DNA from: Chitinophaga sp.
GTDB taxonomy: Bacteria; Bacteroidota; Bacteroidia; Chitinophagales; Chitinophagaceae
Direction: 5' to 3'
Length of the DNA: 64,000 nucleotides
Assembly (NCBI RefSeq): GCF_039596455.1
Contig: NZ_JBCNJR010000008.1
Coordinates: 25,508 to 89,507, forward strand
In this document: positions 62,344 to 64,000 of the stretch, piece after piece
Layout of the letters: each line of letters begins with the position of its first letter
Position numbering within the stretch: position 1 is the stretch's first letter
Notes under the pieces: generated by a model
Database searches by the model: none
Told to the model about the DNA's origin: nothing
What the model saw: only the letters and a program-made list of their open reading frames with translations
Translations under genes and position numbers: made by a program

Positions 62344-63262
62344 TGCAAGGGTGCTGGCCTGGCACCCTGACTATCAGCCTTACTTCGAGCAGTTCAACAA
62401 GGCGTGGATCACCCGCAACTATACGCTGGAGCCAATTGACCGCGCCGTGCTGGAACACCCGCAGGAGCACATCCTGGCGCATGGGGGAGACATTATTTTT
62501 GTGGCCCTGGGTAACGACATGGCCGGTACCGTGGCCTACAAGCAGGTAGACGAGAACACCGTGGAAATGACGAAGATGGCGGTAGACGATGCTTTCCAGG
62601 GCCGCAAGCTAGGCTGGCTGCTGGCAAAGACCATTATGGAACGCGCGGCGCTGGCTGGTTATACCCGCATGATACTGTACTCCAACACCAAACAGGCGGC
62701 CGCCGTGGCCATGTACCGCAAGCTGGGTTTTGAAGAAATGGAGCTGGAAAGCGGCGGCTATGAACGGTGCAATATCAAAATGGGCATTGACCTGCCAGCA
62801 CCGCCGTTAGCGGGGCTGGCCCGCGAGCTGCGCCATACAATTGCGCAGATGACGGAAAAGCTGCTGCGTTTTTCAGAAGAAGAGGCCGGCGCCCGGCCCT
62901 CCCCGGCCAAATGGAGCCGCAAGGAAATACTGGGCCACCTCATAGATTCCGCCGCCAACAATTACCCGCGCTTCATCCGCGCGCAGCATTCAGAATATTC
63001 CGAACTGCCCGGTTATAACCAGGACTTTTGGGTGGATGCCCGCCAATACCAGCACGAGCCCTGGCAGCAGCTGGTACTGCTCTGGAAAACGCTGAACCTG
63101 CACATTGCCGGGCTGCTGCCCCTCATACCTGCTGAAGCGCTGGGCCACATCTGCGTAATAGGCCCCGGCGCGCCGGTTACGCTGCAATACGTAGCGGAAG
63201 ATTACCTGCGGCACATACATCATCATCTCAACCAAATATTTCCTGTTCATGCAAATTATTAA
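62327..63262 (+). CDS. GNAT acetyltransferase-DinB fusion protein
   Basis: N-half: EMTKMAV, FQGRKLG, AMYRKLGF (GNAT). C-half: KWSRKEILGHLIDSA, RHIHHHL (DinB/YfiT). Confidence 0.85.
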   Translation: MNAANDARVLAWHPDYQPYFEQFNKAWITRNYTLEPIDRAVLEHPQEHILAHGGDIIFVALGNDMAGTVAYKQVDENTVEMTKMAVDDAFQGRKLGWLLAKTIMERAALAGYTRMILYSNTKQAAAVAMYRKLGFEEMELESGGYERCNIKMGIDLPAPPLAGLARELRHTIAQMTEKLLRFSEEEAGARPSPAKWSRKEILGHLIDSAANNYPRFIRAQHSEYSELPGYNQDFWVDARQYQHEPWQQLVLLWKTLNLHIAGLLPLIPAEALGHICVIGPGAPVTLQYVAEDYLRHIHHHLNQIFPVHANY

Positions 63263-63689
63263 AGCAAGCGCCAGCCACCTGGCTCCTTTGGCCGCTCTCT
63301 TCGACGCCTACCGGCAGCATTATGAGCAGGCGCCAGACCTGGAAGGCGCCAAAGCCTACCTGGCAGCGCGTTTCGAGAACAATGACAGTGTGATCTACGT
63401 AGCGGAAGCAGAAGGCCAGCTGCTGGGTTTCACGCAGCTCTACCCGGTGTTTTCTTCCATTGGTATGAAAAAGGCGTGGATATTGAACGACCTGTTCGTA
63501 GACCCGCAACACCGCCGCAAAGGCGCGGCCCGCAAGCTGATAGGGGCATCCAGGGAACTGGGGCAGGGAACGGACGCGCGGTACATTATGCTGCAAACGC
63601 ACATCACCAACACGCCGGCGCAGGCGCTATATGAAGATGAAGGGTTTAAGCGGGATGAGGAGTTTTACTATTATTATCTTTCCATTTAA
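63249..63689 (+). CDS. GNAT family N-acetyltransferase
   Basis: ILNDLFV, RRKGAA, AQALYEDEGF. Confidence 0.92.
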   Translation: MQIIKASASHLAPLAALFDAYRQHYEQAPDLEGAKAYLAARFENNDSVIYVAEAEGQLLGFTQLYPVFSSIGMKKAWILNDLFVDPQHRRKGAARKLIGASRELGQGTDARYIMLQTHITNTPAQALYEDEGFKRDEEFYYYYLSI

Positions 63690-63701
63690 CCACCAATAGG
63701 G

Positions 63702-63730
63702 CGGGAGCGGAAACGCTCCCGTTGCTGTTT
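63702..63730. terminator. terminator hairpin with GAAA tetraloop
   Basis: CGGGAGCG-GAAA-CGCTCCCG after the GNAT stop, between convergent genes. Confidence 0.75.
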
Positions 63731-63808
63731 ACAGCGGAAGCTCCTGCAGGTCTTGTGCCGCTTGAGGCCGCATTTTTGCGTGCAGCCCTCTCTGCCAACC
63801 TGGTTCCT

Positions 63809-64000
63809 TCAAAAAGTAAACCCTACCATAAATACGTTGGCAGCCGCCGGAAACTCTGTGTCAAAGGAGTGGGGCAGGGCCCGCTTGCCCTCATACCGCA
63901 TATGGTACTCCCGGCGGATGTAGGAGGCAAACAGCCACACCTTGTCTGCCCGGTACTGGAACCCCAGCCCTGTACCAAAAAAGTGGCGGCCGTTTAGTTT
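63809..64000 (-). CDS. 3' end of a probable outer-membrane beta-barrel protein (starts outside the window; absent from the ORF track)
   Basis: Manual translation KLNGRHFFGTGLGFQYRADKVWLFASYIRRE...ANVFMVGFTF-stop: amphipathic strands ending in Phe. Confidence 0.7.
   Translation of the reverse strand, partial: KLNGRHFFGTGLGFQYRADKVWLFASYIRREYHMRYEGKRALPHSFDTEFPAAANVFMVGFTF

Noticed and set aside
1-64000. CRISPR arrays, tRNA/rRNA genes, integrases, transposases, prophage genes
   Set aside because: No regularly spaced repeats, no recognisable RNA genes in the short intergenic gaps, and no recombinase or phage motifs seen; a tRNAscan/Infernal run would be needed to exclude small ncRNAs.

Overview
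GC-rich Bacteroidota DNA, most likely Chitinophagaceae (inferred from SusC/SusD loci, TAnnTTTG-type promoters and AT-rich intergenic spacers). In order, the window holds: the 3' part of a polysaccharide utilisation locus (tandem SusC/SusD pairs, a SusE/F-like lipoprotein, 2x GH2, SGNH esterase, 2x GH88, PL8 lyase; 1-21094); an ECF sigma/anti-sigma operon with a C1 peptidase; a BlaI/M56 pair; a Tat-exported phospholipase C; a HipA-type toxin-antitoxin pair; a four-gene putative signalling cassette (membrane-anchored CPxxC protein, 7TM protein, minimal histidine kinase, NarL/LuxR regulator) next to a 1358-aa multidomain protein with a papain-like catalytic signature; an S9 peptidase; an OM barrel/ECF/Spy module; cardiolipin synthase; ArsR-SDR; a thioesterase; a TetR-TolC-HlyD-ABC efflux operon flanked by an exact 21-bp direct repeat; and a MocR-family regulator whose apparent binding motif precedes both a dinB-alkA-ogt alkylation-repair operon and a PLP decarboxylase gene. 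I found no rRNA, tRNA, CRISPR array, integrase or transposase. Product calls come from motif recognition by eye; no database search was run.
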